This document shows, in pieces, positions 37,044-49,719 of a stretch of 64,000 nucleotides of DNA. The position numbers and the translations under genes were made by a program. Source of the DNA: Podarcis erhardii. Its lineage: Eukaryota. The number at the start of each line of letters is the position of its first letter. The first letter of the stretch is position 1. Where the stretch lies: assembly GCA_964252035.1 (NCBI GenBank), contig OZ176211.1; one strand, given 5' to 3'. The notes beneath the pieces are model-generated. The model did no database searches, was not told the origin of the DNA, and saw only the letters and a program-made list of their open reading frames with translations.

Positions 37044-39104
37044 AGAAATTAGAAGCATTGAAACAAGGCTTTACTTGCCCTGTCAGTTTTGCCAGGGCAG
37101 CAGCATCCCAAGTGAGCATCTACTTGCCTCCCTTCCCTTGCCATCCAAGCCAAAAGGGCATGTGTGCACATCAGCAAAGGTGCACCTAGTAATTCTTTTT
37201 TGAAAAGCAAGTTCTGCAGTGAGGTTGCAGAAAAATGTCCTTCTCATGCACAGATAAGGAAGCTTTTAAAAAAAATAAAAATACAAAATAAAAATCTAAT
37301 CCATGTGCCACCATTGCATCAGCATTCGGGAAAATTTAAGCCAGAACAACAGCAGAAAGTATTAGTGCTGCTCTGCAGCTTGAATAAGGTCAATCAGAAC
37401 TGTTAAAACTGGGGATCATTTGGAAGCATCTCTTCTCTCCCAAAAAATCAGAAAGCAAAAGGTCAATAATGCATCCCGTAAGTTTTGTGGACCGTTCTCA
37501 TGATTCTTCACTGTACTTTGGAAGTAACACAATGGAGATGAGCGCTATAAGACACAGCCTGCCCCAACCCCCATCAACACCATTGACCCTCAGACAAAAG
37601 AAAGGGATGCAAAAGTGTCAGCGGCCTCATCTCCCGGCCTTCCAAGTAACCCTTAAGATTAAGTGTACCGGGTTGTAATCAGCCTCAGTCTGTTCCTGTC
37701 AGAGCCTGTATAAGTGAAGATAAGGAGAAACATACAATTGGGGCCAGTACACACACATGCACTCTTGACCTTCCCTCGCTAAGCATTTGAAAGAAGAAAT
37801 GTAATGTGTGAAGCAGCAGATTACAGATGCAGATTCAATGGCCAATATCCTAGCAAAGATAATTCGGACAATTCCTTAGCTGACCACAACAGTGATATGC
37901 TGGTCCACATCTTGTGTGCACACTGGTGTTTCCCGTTAGCAGATATATGGCTAATGGGACATTTGTCTTTCCCAAGCTAAACTTTGACTAAAAAGGCAGT
38001 AGTTTAGAATCAGCCTCATCTGAAATTTAATTGGAATGTAGACTAGGTAGTCCCTCTCCGCCACTCATGTTCTCCCCTGCAAGATTGCCTGTTTTTGTCG
38101 CTTAAGTAAACAGCAGTACTTCTGTCATGGCAAAATAATTCTATCATGGCAAAATCTGTTTTCCAGCAAACTCAACTGTGTGGGTGAACAAAGACCTGAT
38201 CATATGAGTTCTTTTTTTAGGCTGCAAAGTTATATTGAATGTAGATGGTAATTAGTAAAGCAAATACATTAAACATGTTTAAACTTCAGTCTGTTCAACA
38301 TCATTCCTTGATAATTAGCCTAAATAGCCCATTTAGCTGAAAGTTCAAACATTGCTAATGACTCTAGAAACAGTGCCAGTTTTCTGCATTTAAAAGAACA
38401 GATACTTCCTGAACTACAATGACAAATGTCCAAAACTGCACTGCAAAACTTTTAAGGTTGCAGTCTTGTACAACTGCTTGCACATATGTCATACTTTATT
38501 TCACAAGAACATATGAGAGGTGCCTAGAGTTACAAACTGACAGCATGCAGAATCATGTTCACTTCTAAGATTCCCCATGGGGAAAACATATTTTACAGCT
38601 ATTTTTAAGTAGAGAGATACTATATTGTAATGATTTTGTGAACAACATAATGCAGATTTATGCTAATATTATGGGTAGTGAAGAAACACTTAAAAAGGTT
38701 TTGATTTACAGCTTAGTCTGTGTTGGTTCATCATAACTCATTCACACCTTGTTCTAATTATAGCATTCAAATAGGTATTTTTATAGCCTGCATCAGTGTT
38801 TAAAAATTCACATAGAACAATGTGCACAATTAATGCAGCCACAATCTCTTTATCAGAAAGTGTTTATAAGGAGTTGCCTGAATTTTGTGTTCTGGCTTCC
38901 ATAGTTAATTCTTTAGAGGTCATTACTTAGCATTGGGTATAAGGTACTATTCATGCCCATGGTTGCTGCCATTATGATGTCACTTCATTCATTCAGGATG
39001 TTCCAGAGAAGCTTGCCATGAATTATGGGCGCAACTCCTAGAACTGAAGCTGTAGAATATTGTAAGCATGCTGTTGCCTGACATGCTCATGTTTCCTATT
39101 TTAG

Positions 39105-39140
39105 ACCTGACTGATCTTCAGATAACATATGGCAGTACAA
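39105..39140 (+). CDS. Candidate internal exon (LTDLQITYGST)
   Basis: gtttcctattttAG ... ACAA|GTAATT; 36 nt, phase 1-1. Confidence 0.25.
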
Positions 39141-40174
39141 GTAATTGGAAAATTGGCAGACCTGTCAAGAAACCTTGCTAGATGGGACAAAAATACGATG
39201 CTGCAGCACATAAAGTGTCTCTGAAGTTAAATTTATTGTCTTTTATCAAATGGTGAAGAAAACATATCTGGTCTCCAAAAAATGAAACACCTCTTTCCCA
39301 GTGGCAGATGCTGTTCAATGCTAGATTTTAAATACAAGGGTGGGTCTTGCATTTTAAAAACTATGCACAGAAAACAGCTAGTCAGTGTCTGAGGAGGTAT
39401 GTCAAATGTTGTCTTTTTCATTTAATGCTTTACCAGATTTCCTCTTCTGGAATTTCTCAAAAATAACTAATAAATGAATTGATCTTAAGCATAAAATAGG
39501 CACAGCAACTAAATGATACAAGAAAGTGGAAATGTTAGCATTTACATCTTCTGGGAAGGTTAATTGTGAATATGTTGTAAATGCTGCTGGAATCAATGTC
39601 TGCTCAGCCCCCTCTCTCCTAGCTAGTAGCAGTTTGCCACAAGTGAGTGGTGGCCTTGGTCTAGATCAGAGCTTTACAAACTGTGTGTTGCGACATGTTA
39701 GTGTGTCGACTGCAGTGTGTAGGTGTGTCGCGCAAATGCTCCCCACTCCTCCCGTGGCCGGAAAGGGTTTAGTTTAACCTCCGCTTTGCTAGTAAAACTG
39801 AATTACTGTGACACGAAATGATGTGTGTCTAAAAAGTATGTCACCAACATGAAAAGTTTGGAAAGCTGTGGTCTAGATGATAGCAAATGCCTCCTTGGTG
39901 AAGAAAAAGATGCCAATTTACAGCTGCTGCAACACTCTTGGTTTCTTTGTTTTGTTTTTAAACTTCTCTGGATCCAATTTGTAGGCCACTTTTGACCAGG
40001 CTTTTCTGGATCCATTTCAGTCTAGCTTTTAGTCGTGTTTTGGGTCTGAGTGCTTTGGTCACCCCAGCGAACAATTTCTTTCTTTACCTCTCAGTGGCTT
40101 TCGTGCTGTCATTCATTTTCTTCTCAATCACCTGGATGTGTTTTGCTGTGATTCTGTTCTTACATCACAGTGAG

Positions 40175-40518
40175 ATTTCAAGAGGTGGTGCTGGAGAATG
40201 AATGTTGAACTCAGTGGCAGCGACTGTCTGGAATTGTGAAGTGCAGTGTTAGCAATTGAGGAAATGGTTTGGCATTATAGGGTGAGATGTAAGCAATATG
40301 CTGGTGACACCCAACTCTCCTTCCTCATGAGATGTAGCACTGAGGACTCTATGCTTTGTGGAGTGACTAATGGACTGGATGAGGGCAAAACTCAATCCAG
40401 TTAAGACTTATGGTTGGAGCCCAGGAAAGTAGTGGCTCTATTTGTCCTGACTGGGGTTCTACCCCGTGAAAGAAAAGATTTGCAACTCAGGAGTGATCCT
40501 GAGCTAGTATGCCTCATG
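40175..40518 (+). mobile_element. Old L2 LINE, 5' part (RT domain remnant)
   Basis: Degenerate KQYAGDTQL (from HQYADDTQL) at about 40291-40317; sequence continues after the insert at 41424. Confidence 0.7.
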
Positions 40519-41423
40519 GATCAATCAATCAATCTCCTTTATTGGCATAGGAAAAGTGCATCGTATACATGGATCATAACACAACACAGTTAACGAAACG
40601 TAGTAGGAGATACTTTAGGATAAAACTGTCCAGACATTGTGAGGTACGAAAATGGCTCTTAGGACCTATGGTGATGTAATTTAATAGCTTCGCTCATAAA
40701 TCTTGCCACATTCTCCACAACGTCATTAATACAATTGTTCAGCATATAAGACACCCTGGAAGAGTTAGTGCGATAAATCCCCTCCTCCAATAAGGGGGCC
40801 AAGTACTTATCATATTTTTTTGCATAAAATGGGCCATAAAATAAAATATGTGTGATGGATTTGACCTGTTTTGTGCCACAAGGGCAGTATCTTTCACAGT
40901 ATGGGATTTTCGAGAATCTACCTTGCAGAACTGCAGACAGTAAGAAGTTAAGCCTTGCGAGGGAAAGAGCTCTGCATAGGTGGGGATTGTAAAGCTGGTG
41001 TAAACATGGAGTGTCCTGGCCAAACGAGGGTGGAATTCCCAACCTCATGGATAAGGAAAGGGTAAGGAAACAGGGTATCAGGTAGCAAAAGGCTCCTGAT
41101 GAAGAAAGGGAAACCTGGTGGGCCTCTCCTTCAGGGAAATCACACATCTTGTATATTTTGCCATCAGAATTCATGTGGATGAAGTACAATCCCAATGATT
41201 CCCAGCACCAAACGTTTCTGTGTGCCTCACTTACCTGGAGGAGAGGCTTGATAGAACTTTTGCCACTTGCCAATTCTTCTCCAAGGTGAAGCTTTTCTTC
41301 CATAAGGGAAAGAAGACTTCTGTGCAGGGCTAGCATCAGTTCGGACCCTTTCAAGCATTCCTTGGCATTCACATCTCCCATTGAGGAATGCTTGAAGGAC
41401 CTAAGTGATTTACAGGTGAGCAT
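40519..41423 (-). mobile_element. 5'-truncated non-LTR retrotransposon (RTE-X-like; clade uncertain) with 254-aa open ORF2 C-terminus
   Basis: ORF 40659-41423 contains RALSLARLN..CERYCPCG..ITHILFYGPFY (degenerate C-terminal zinc-binding motif); AATAAA at 40539-40544 on the minus strand; (GATT)n tail 40520-40534. Confidence 0.8.
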
Positions 41424-42085
41424 CAGGCCACCTGCCAGTTTCTACTTCTCGATGCTCCAATAGTGGCTGTAGGTAGGAGCAGTTTCACCAGCTTCATCAG
41501 TGTCCCATCGGTGTTGTTCTTAGGTAAGGACCTTTCTTTTGCATGCTCTGGCAACATCTTGTCTTGACTACTATAATGCACTCTTAAAGGAGCTACTGTT
41601 GACCATTTGGGGCCATTTGAATTTTCAGAGTCATCTGGGACCATATTCTAGAGCTTGTAAGACCAATTATTCCAGAGCTCCACTGGCTTCTAGATTCAAA
41701 GTGTTAATTGTAACCTGGGCCCAGGATATTTGAAGGCACACCTGTTCTCTTGTGACAAGGCCCTGTTACCAGTTCCATGGGGAAGATGGTCAAGTAACAT
41801 GAATAAGGCGTTCCTGATGATGGAGCAGTTTCTCAGAGCAACCAAACAGATCTGCAATGTTCACTCCTTTAGAGTACAAGGAAAAATATTCTTAGTCTGC
41901 CAGAATGTTTTTGTTCTTGCCTTTTTGTCATTGTTCTGTTGATTTTATTGTGCTGCATGTTGGTTTTATTTGTTTCATTATTTTATTGCTTATATTTATA
42001 ATTTTGTTGTTTAACTTTTATTCGACATTGCTTTGAGAACCGCAGAGTTGAAACTTGACCTGTAAATTTGCAGAAATAAGTAAGT
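41424..42085 (+). mobile_element. Old L2 LINE, 3' part
   Basis: Translates HALATSCLDYYNALL and later RFKVL motifs of L2 ORF2, followed by a T-rich 3' UTR. Confidence 0.7.
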
Positions 42086-42204
42086 GAATCAGGATCGTAG
42101 GTTCTACAAACTTGCCCAGAAAGGTATATTGTGTATATAGGCAGCAAGGAGTAATGCATTTTTCTTTTAAAGATTCATAAAAGATCTCATTTTTTGTTTT
42201 GCAG

Positions 42205-42276
42205 GAGGATGAAAATGAAGCAGAAGAGAATTCACCTCAAGAGTCAAACATGGAGCAGAAAAATTCAAAAAAATAG
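42205..42276 (+). CDS. Candidate terminal coding exon (EDENEAEENSPQESNMEQKNSKK*)
   Basis: Strong acceptor cattttttgttttgcAG; acidic protein-like frame ending in TAG; AATAAA follows. Confidence 0.55.
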   Translation, partial: EDENEAEENSPQESNMEQKNSKK

Positions 42277-42358
42277 AAATTTATTTCCTCTTGGAAATAC
42301 TTTCAAGTTGTGCCACAGTGATTAAAGTGTCCCATTGTAAAAATTACAGAATGTTGTC

Positions 42359-42381
42359 AATAAATGACACAGGAAAATAAA
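42359..42381 (+). terminator. Two AATAAA polyadenylation signal candidates
   Basis: AATAAA at 42359-42364 and 42376-42381, about 80-100 nt after the putative stop. Confidence 0.35.
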
Positions 42382-43344
42382 ATATACATTGCACTGGGGA
42401 ATTGTTTAATTGGGTCTTGGTGACATTTATGGTTATATGAAAACATGAATTTTCAGCACAAGGGAAAAAACTATTAAGTGCATAAAAGCTTTGGAGTTAT
42501 GAGCGGAAGAGCAGAGTTCTCATTACTGTTAATTTTTGCTATGCAAAGTTGTTGAAATTCTTCACTGCATTATTTAATGTAACTCCTGAAAGGCCAGATA
42601 TCCCTCAGCATTGATGCATGGCTTTGCTACTTAGGAATTTGAATAAGTATGTAATTACAAAACATACAGAAATATATGAACTAAAATTAATAAATAGGGA
42701 GGGCAACCAGTTTCTCTTGATTGTGAAAAAACTGGGCGAAATCTGTGTATCTTTTGATCCATTCCAAATACTTGGCATTTTCATAGCATGAACCGGATTC
42801 TCCACTGTCAATTATCTGCTCTTGTGTGGAGTGTTGCAGCTTCCCCATTCTTCCTTTCATGATCTACCTAGCATTTATTTATCCCTTAGCTTAGAAAATG
42901 TTTCATTTGATCTATCCTTACTTTATATAAGGAAACCTGATCTGCAAAGCACTCTCTTTCGTGTGTAGCTTTGAGTTTTTTAGTAGGGCTGTAACTGAAT
43001 GTTAACAAATTTTAATTGATTGTCAGATTTTTAGTTTACTTTAATCTATTGATTAAATTTGCATATTCATAAAACTCCCCCCTTTTTTCTTTTTGAAGTT
43101 TATTGATTGAACATGCATACATCTTCTCACTGTGGAGTGTGCTTTATGGTTCTATCATTCTTTGTTTCCTTTTAGCAACAAGTATGCTAATAAAACCTGT
43201 TAATCAAAAATCACACAAAGGTCCAACAAGGTACCACACTGTATTTTCATCCAGGGTCAGCCAGATAAATTCCCCTATTTCTATGTGCTCCCAACTACTG
43301 GTGTTCACCTGATGTGATGTGTGTGACCCGGGGAGGGTGTGTGG

Positions 43345-43435
43345 CCAGAGTTATGGGAGGCAGATAGAGGCAGATAGAGGTGCAGGCAGATAGAGGTGCA
43401 CAGAGTTATGGGAGGCAGATAGAGGTGCACAGAGG
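43345..43435. repeat. Short tandem duplications (aggcagatagagg x4; cagagttatgggaggcagatagagg x2)
   Basis: Direct reading; lies in a degraded MITE-like context. Confidence 0.85.
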
Positions 43436-44884
43436 GCCACATTTACACCCTCCAGGCCCAAGATTCCCCATCTCCACTGTTTATTATATCTGTTTCTTTA
43501 CTGTTTCGTTATTTAGCATGAGTTAGTATTAATTCAGTGTATATTATTTGGACATGGCCCAGCCCTTGAAGAAATATGGTTTTAGGATTCCAGACATCAA
43601 GATGAAATTGATATGTAAATGTTGCTACTTATAATGCATCTGTTATATATACTTTTTAAAAAGTGAAATAGATCACTTGTAGCAATATCTTTCACAAGCC
43701 AATTTGCATTTGTTTGCAAATTATTTGAAAAGACCAGTCATCCAAGAGAAAAGGGGCAATCTGAATTGTTTATTTTAACTTCTGTCTTTGTCCTGGGTCC
43801 CTGGGAAAATCCTATACTTATTCCTGTTACTTTAGTTCGCTCCTTCATCTGGTGGAAAGGGACTACCAGCTTGCATAAGTTTCATACTATGAAAAGTGAA
43901 GGTTGATTACAAACTGCCTCCATTTCACATTGACCTAAAGAAAACAATTTTTACATACCAATGACTGAGCAAGTTCTGTTACCTATCCAAATGGCTCTGG
44001 TGTGCCATCATTGCAGGCCATAAATATTTCCCCATGGTGAATTCGGTGTGGGTTCTGCAGCGCTGTTCTCTGGGAAAAGCAGCAAAATGCTGAAGGCAAC
44101 AGCATGAAAATGCACGCAACTACGGCATAATTCTGATTTGTTTTAGAACGATTAATTTCCTTGTTACAAAGCCAAGTATGAACAACCCTTTAAAACCACT
44201 GAACCATAAAAGCCATTTCCTTAAGGGTTTTAAATTTGGGAACAGACTCATGAAATTTATAGCTTTGATGAGAGATTCTTTGCCCGCAGTCAAAATGAGA
44301 ACCAGATCATTGGTTTCTCAGCATGACACCTATGTGTTCTTGTGTGCAGTAGATATCATTAGGCTCATAATAACACAGCTATCACCACATAATGTCTGAA
44401 AAGGTTCATATTTGATACTTAGTTTAAAACTCCTATTTACACCTCCAGAATGCTAAACAGTTGGGGGATTTACTTTATTTTAAAGATGGCATATAGCAGC
44501 ATCCTTATATAAAGTAAAATGCTATTTAACTAAGAGTATAATAGGTTTAATGCTTAATCTAGGTTTTGCTCTGCTTTGTCTCATCACGGCCCTTTCACAA
44601 AATAAGCATGGTAAACATGCAGTGAATCAATGAAGAAGACAATTTAAATACAACCGTCCCCCCCCCAAAAAAAAAACACCCCATAGAGCAGTTCTTTCTG
44701 GCTGGGGCTCAATGTCAGTGGTATACATCGCAGGCATATCATAATCATGGTTTCATATCATTTTAACTAAATGCATTGCCCTTGATGGATTGACGATGGA
44801 CCTGCAAAGATAAAAGGTATTTATTTTTGCTCGCTTTCATATACATTTATGTAGTAGTTTTAATCTACTTGTATAAGGAGGGAT

Positions 44885-45224
44885 AGGGACACGGGTGGCG
44901 CTGTGGATTAAACCACAGAGCCTAGGACTTGCCAATAAGAAGGTTGGCGGTTCAAATCCCCGCACGGGGTGAGCTCCTGTTGCTCGGTCCCTGCTCCTGC
45001 CAACCTAGCAGTTTGAAAGCATGTCAGAGTGCAAGTAGATAAATGGGTACCACTCCGGTGGGAAGGTAAACGGCGTTTCCGTGCACTGCTCTGGTTCGCC
45101 AGAAGTGGCTTAGTCATGCTGGCCACATGACCCGGAAGCTTGGCCCTCGGCCAAAAAGGAGATGAGCACCGCAACCCCAGAGTTGGCCACGACTGGAACT
45201 AATGGTCAGGGGTCCCTTTATCTT
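44885..45224 (+). mobile_element. Full-length Sauria SINE
   Basis: Starts gggacacgggtggcgctgtgg; perfect 13-bp TSD tataaggagggat (44872-44884, 45225-45237). Confidence 0.95.
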
Positions 45225-45473
45225 TATAAGGAGGGATGGAGCTGGTCCAAAATGATCTTTAATGTAAGCTTGAGCTATCTCTGAGTCTTACACTGTCTTT
45301 TCTCCAGCATTTTCTTGGGCACATCCAGATTGAGCTCGGCCTTCACTAGTATTACAAAAAGAGCAATAAATCCCACTGCACAACAGACTGTTGGAAGTGG
45401 GTGGTTGGCTGAAACAACTGCTGCCCACTTAACTACACTCAAGTTGTATTCTCGAGTCTAAGGGGCTGTGTCT

Positions 45474-45757
45474 ACATAAAAGGAGCCTGCTGGATCAGGC
45501 AGATGGCCCGTTTAGTCCAACATCATGTTCTCAACAGTGGCCAATCAGATGCCTGGGGAAAACTCAAAAGCAGGACACACTCCCATCCTGTGGTTTTCAG
45601 TAGCTGCCATTCAGATGTATCCTACCTCCAACCATGGGTGTAGAGTATAGCCGTCAGAGCTTGAAAGCTTGCTGGTAGCCTTTATCTTCATGAATTTGTC
45701 TAATCCTCTTTCTAAGCCATTCAAGTTGATGGCCATCACCTCCTCCTGTGGCAGAAG
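45474..45757 (-). mobile_element. CR1 LINE 3' end
   Basis: acataaaaggagcctgctggatcagg...agtggccaatcagatgcc is the reverse complement of the CR1 3' UTR seen at 49460-49719. Confidence 0.8.
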
Positions 45758-45853
45758 AGTCAGCCCACTTTCTCTATGGCATGCATAATGTTATAAACTT
45801 CTATCACACACATGAGGGCTGGGATTGCAATACTTTTAACACTGCATCTAATC

Positions 45854-45992
45854 CTGGGGTAGCTAAATAAGCTGTGGCCCACGTGTTGTTGGACTCCAGT
45901 TCCCATCAGACCGAGCCAGGATGGCCAATGGTCAGCAATGCAGGGAACTGTAGTCCAACAAGATTTGGAGATCATGGTGTCAGCTACTCCTG
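45854..45992. mobile_element. Diverged hAT MITE (relative of the 136-bp family)
   Basis: Ends ctggggtagcta / tcagctactcctg; TSD atctaatc / atctgacc (6/8). Confidence 0.6.
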
Positions 45993-48900
45993 ATCTGACC
46001 AGATGACACAGGACCCTGTCAACAATTGCAGCCATACCATGTTCTATAGCTTATGATTGCTAATATTAATGACAGTTGTTGAGTAACTAAAATTCACCTA
46101 TATGAATGACACACAATGAAAACCTAGTTAAGTAACTGCCATAAGTAACTTGCAGGATTTTAATTATTTCGTCTACCTATTACTGGGCTTTTTAAAAAAT
46201 CTATTCTTAGCCACACAAGGCGGCGTAGATATAATCTAACTTCCTAGTAAAGAAACATGCTATCTTATGGGGGGGAGATGGTATTCATGTGGGCACTGCT
46301 CATAACTGCTAGTAAATACTATAATTTAGAAAACTTTATATGCACTGAGCTATTTGTTATGCTATTCATTCTGATATTTAATGGCATTCCTAGGAGAGCT
46401 CCTCAAGCTGGCCACATCACAGGGGGGCTGAACTGAAGTATATCTGTCTCAAAAGAAAATTGGTATGCCTATTATTTTTAGACAGGAGGAACAAGAGAGT
46501 GCAGGGAAATAAATCAACTCAGGGAGCCACTTCCATGAAATCCAGTGGCCTTCTACTCCAAAATGCTTTTCAAGAGGTTAACTTTTCTACCACGCAAAAG
46601 GCACATCTTGAGACTTAGTTGCCCTGAATTGGTCTATTCTACAAACAAGCACACAGTTCATACTAGACATAGGAAAGGAGGAACAAAACTTCCCTGATAC
46701 AATCAGTGCTGAAATTTGCTCTAAGACTTTTATTCAAAATGGAATAGGAGCTGGATTCCCAGAGCTGGTTTTTTTTTGTTCCATCTCCCTAGATCTACTC
46801 TGCCTAAAATCACTTAGCCAGCCAGGACCTGGGTTCTGACTCCATTACCCAAACCCCTGCTTTTCCTCCATTACCCTCGATTACTCCTTTAGACCCCTGT
46901 CATCCTTAGGGCTTTGCAACCCTTCTTTTGGCATAGCCACATTTTTACCTGCCCCACACCTGATGTCCTATCTTAATTTGAAGTGCAGGGCCGTAGCTAG
47001 TGGGTGGTGAGGTGGCCCCCCTGCCAGGGGCGCAGGCAAGGGGGGAACATCCTTGATCCCAAATACTTCTGTAGCTGCTTAGCAGCCTACAAAAGACACT
47101 GGGCATGCTTGAATCAAAGTGCCCTCATAGGTCTTTGAGGTTAAAAGTGGCACTGAAAATCAGTTTTGATGCTGGAACCAGCAGCCACAAATGGCAAATA
47201 AGGGCCTTTTATGCTATATTCCATCCACAAATCTCTCTCCCACATTCTATTAATGCATGAGACACATTTTAGGGCTTTGTTAGATGATCCAGATCATATA
47301 ATTCTATAGGGCATTTTGTGTCTTGGAAAATCAGTCCATTTATATGCTTATTAAGAAGAAATGAGACACGTTTGAGATTGAGTTTTGCTTGCTTTTTTTT
47401 CCTTTTTAAAAATAAATTGCTCATATTAGTTCATGTCTCCGTATTTGCTACTTCCCAATGAGAATTTGGCCTGAGCGCAGATTCACTCTGACATTGTTTT
47501 AAGAGTACGAACTAAATGTGATAAAATGCCCACCCAAGTCCTGCCACTTAAATGCGCAGAGATACAAATGTAGTCTTTGCATCTCCAAGGACTGCTTCTG
47601 GTAATTACTCCCTCTTTTATTTTATTTTTATAATGCCATGTCTGCATTTAACATTAATCACAAGCAGGATTCACTGCGCAAATTGCTGACAGAGAAACTC
47701 TGCCTTGAGAATAATTTGTCTTCCTGCCTTCATCTGCGGAACAGCCATTTAGGGGGGAAAGTGAGAGAAAGGGGGAAATGTGCAAAAGTCGAGTAGAAAG
47801 AGGATTTTAAGAAAATGAAGGAAATTAAAAATGGCAAAACACCGAAAGTGACAGTTCTGAAAAGAGAATGAAATAGTATTACAGTAAGCGTTTTAAATAA
47901 AAGCACAAAAACTAAGCAATTTTATAAAGAAATCATAATCCGTTTGTTAAAACATATAGTTCTACCTATGGTGATAATTTTGACACCTATTTCAATATGA
48001 AAAGTACCTGAAATATAGAGTTATATCCAACACTTAGTTGCTTAACAGGATTGCCTCAGCTGAGATTTTGTACAGGGCCTCCTGTTTCTTCAGAGGTGTT
48101 GTGGTCCCTGCAAATTTGAGTCCGTAGCCATGTCTATAGTTTGCCCATCTGTTATTCCAGCCCAAAGGAGGAGGAGGTCAACATTTCAGGGTCATATCCC
48201 TACAAAGTGACTTGCACAGAAGAAAATGCAGAATGATATGTTAGGCCGGGGTGAAAAACCCTACAGATATGGCTGTACTGAACACTCATCAGCCCTAGAC
48301 AACATGACAATGTTTAGAGATGACTGTAGTTGTACTCCAGGAGCATCTGGGGGTGGCAGCAAAGTTCCCACACTCCTATATTAGACTCTGCAGAAAGGTA
48401 TCCACTACTATGAGAAAGCCACCCTGAATTGCATAAGCCCATTTACTCTCTTAGAGAAAGGTGTTGCCAAAGACAGAAGTTGCAAAGCCCCATTTGTAAG
48501 GTTCTACTGTAGGGGCGAATGGTAATTCATTTGGAAGTGAGTTCCAGGACTGTGAGACCCATCACAGGACCTCCAAGGCAGATTTCAAGATTTTAAATCA
48601 CATGGGAACAGCAAGCTCTCCAGACTTACATACACCCCGTTGCAATATGTGGAACATGGTGGGCCAGGTGATGGGGATCTACTATTTGTAGATTGCCCAT
48701 CATGTCAACATGATGCCAAGGTGGTATTGAAGAGTGCACAAAATATGACTGGTAAAATGTAACAGTTATTACAAACGACTCATTAGCAGCAATTCCTCTC
48801 ACTTTCCCGACTGGCATGCCTGCAGTGCTTTCACAAGACCATGTGTGGTCGCCAACAACAGACAGAGCTCATCCAGGTATGTTTTCCTCTCTCACTTGTT

Positions 48901-49070
48901 TCCAATGTAAATGACTTAAGAGCTTGATCCTCTACAGTGGGAGAAGTTCCCAGCCTCTTCCAGAGCCGACTTCCTTTGATCCTGGGACTCCTTTGATTTG
49001 CTTTAAGGTAGCACCATCGACAGACCTTGCACCATTTCAACCCAAATGATAAAAGAGTGTGGTGGAGCAA

Positions 49071-49719
49071 CTCCTCTATGAGGAAAGATTGCAGCATTTG
49101 GGAATGTCTTAGTTTAGAGGTGCAATTACATGGAGTAGATAGGAGAAAAGTTTTTCTTCCTCATCATAACACTAGAATTCATGCACATCCCAAGAAGCTG
49201 AATGTTGGGGGATTCCAAGCAGATAAAAGAAAGTACTTCTTCTTAACATAGTTAGACAATGGCATTCACTCCCACAAGAGGCTGTGATGGGTACCAAGTT
49301 GGGCAGCTTTAAAAGAGCATTAGACTAATTCATGGAGGATAAGGCTCTTAATGGCTACTAGCTATGACATCTATGCTCTGCATCCATGGTTGGAGACAGT
49401 AATGGTCCTGGAAATGGCAGGAGGGGAGAGTGCTTTTGTGCTCGAGTCCTGCTTGGGAGTTTCCCACAGGCATCTGGCTGGCCACAGTGAGTACAGTGGT
49501 ACCTCGGGTTACATACGCTTCAGGTTACAGACTCCACTAACCCAGAAATAGTACCTCGGGTTAAGAACTTTGCTTCAGGATGAGAACAGAAATCGTGCTC
49601 AGGCGTCGTGGCAGCAGCAGGAGGCCCCATTAGCTAAAGTGGTGCTTCAGGTTAAGAACGGACCTCCGGAACGTATTAAGTACTTAACCCGAGGTACCAC
49701 TGTACAGGATGCTGGACTG
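49071..49719 (+). mobile_element. CR1 LINE 3' end (ORF2 C-terminus and UTR)
   Basis: Translates HHNTRIHAHPKKLNVGGFQADKRKYFF, like the CR1 TRGH..KL..RFRTDKRKYFF motif; interrupted by a MITE. Confidence 0.88.
49494..49702. mobile_element. Tigger/pogo-like MITE
   Basis: TIRs cagtggtacctcgggtt / aacccgaggtaccactg; TA TSDs. Confidence 0.92.

Noticed and set aside
38997-39061. AG...GTAAGC segment (CSREACHELWAQLLELKL*)
   Set aside because: All frames hit a stop before the donor; at best an alternative terminal exon, unsupported.
39526-39600. KVNCEYVVNAAG resembles an FAD-dependent oxidoreductase motif (DAO/GcvT-like)
   Set aside because: No usable splice sites keep this frame open, and no other oxidoreductase exons were found; likely chance.
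44885-44975. tRNA-like A/B boxes as tRNA genes (also at 19515, 28450, 55930)
   Set aside because: These are SINE heads followed by SINE bodies, without a complete cloverleaf.
48626-48880. Several possible exons on both strands (e.g. CFHKTMCGRQQQTELIQ|GTATGT)
   Set aside because: Multiple competing frames, no homology recognised, and it lies beyond the putative terminal exon.
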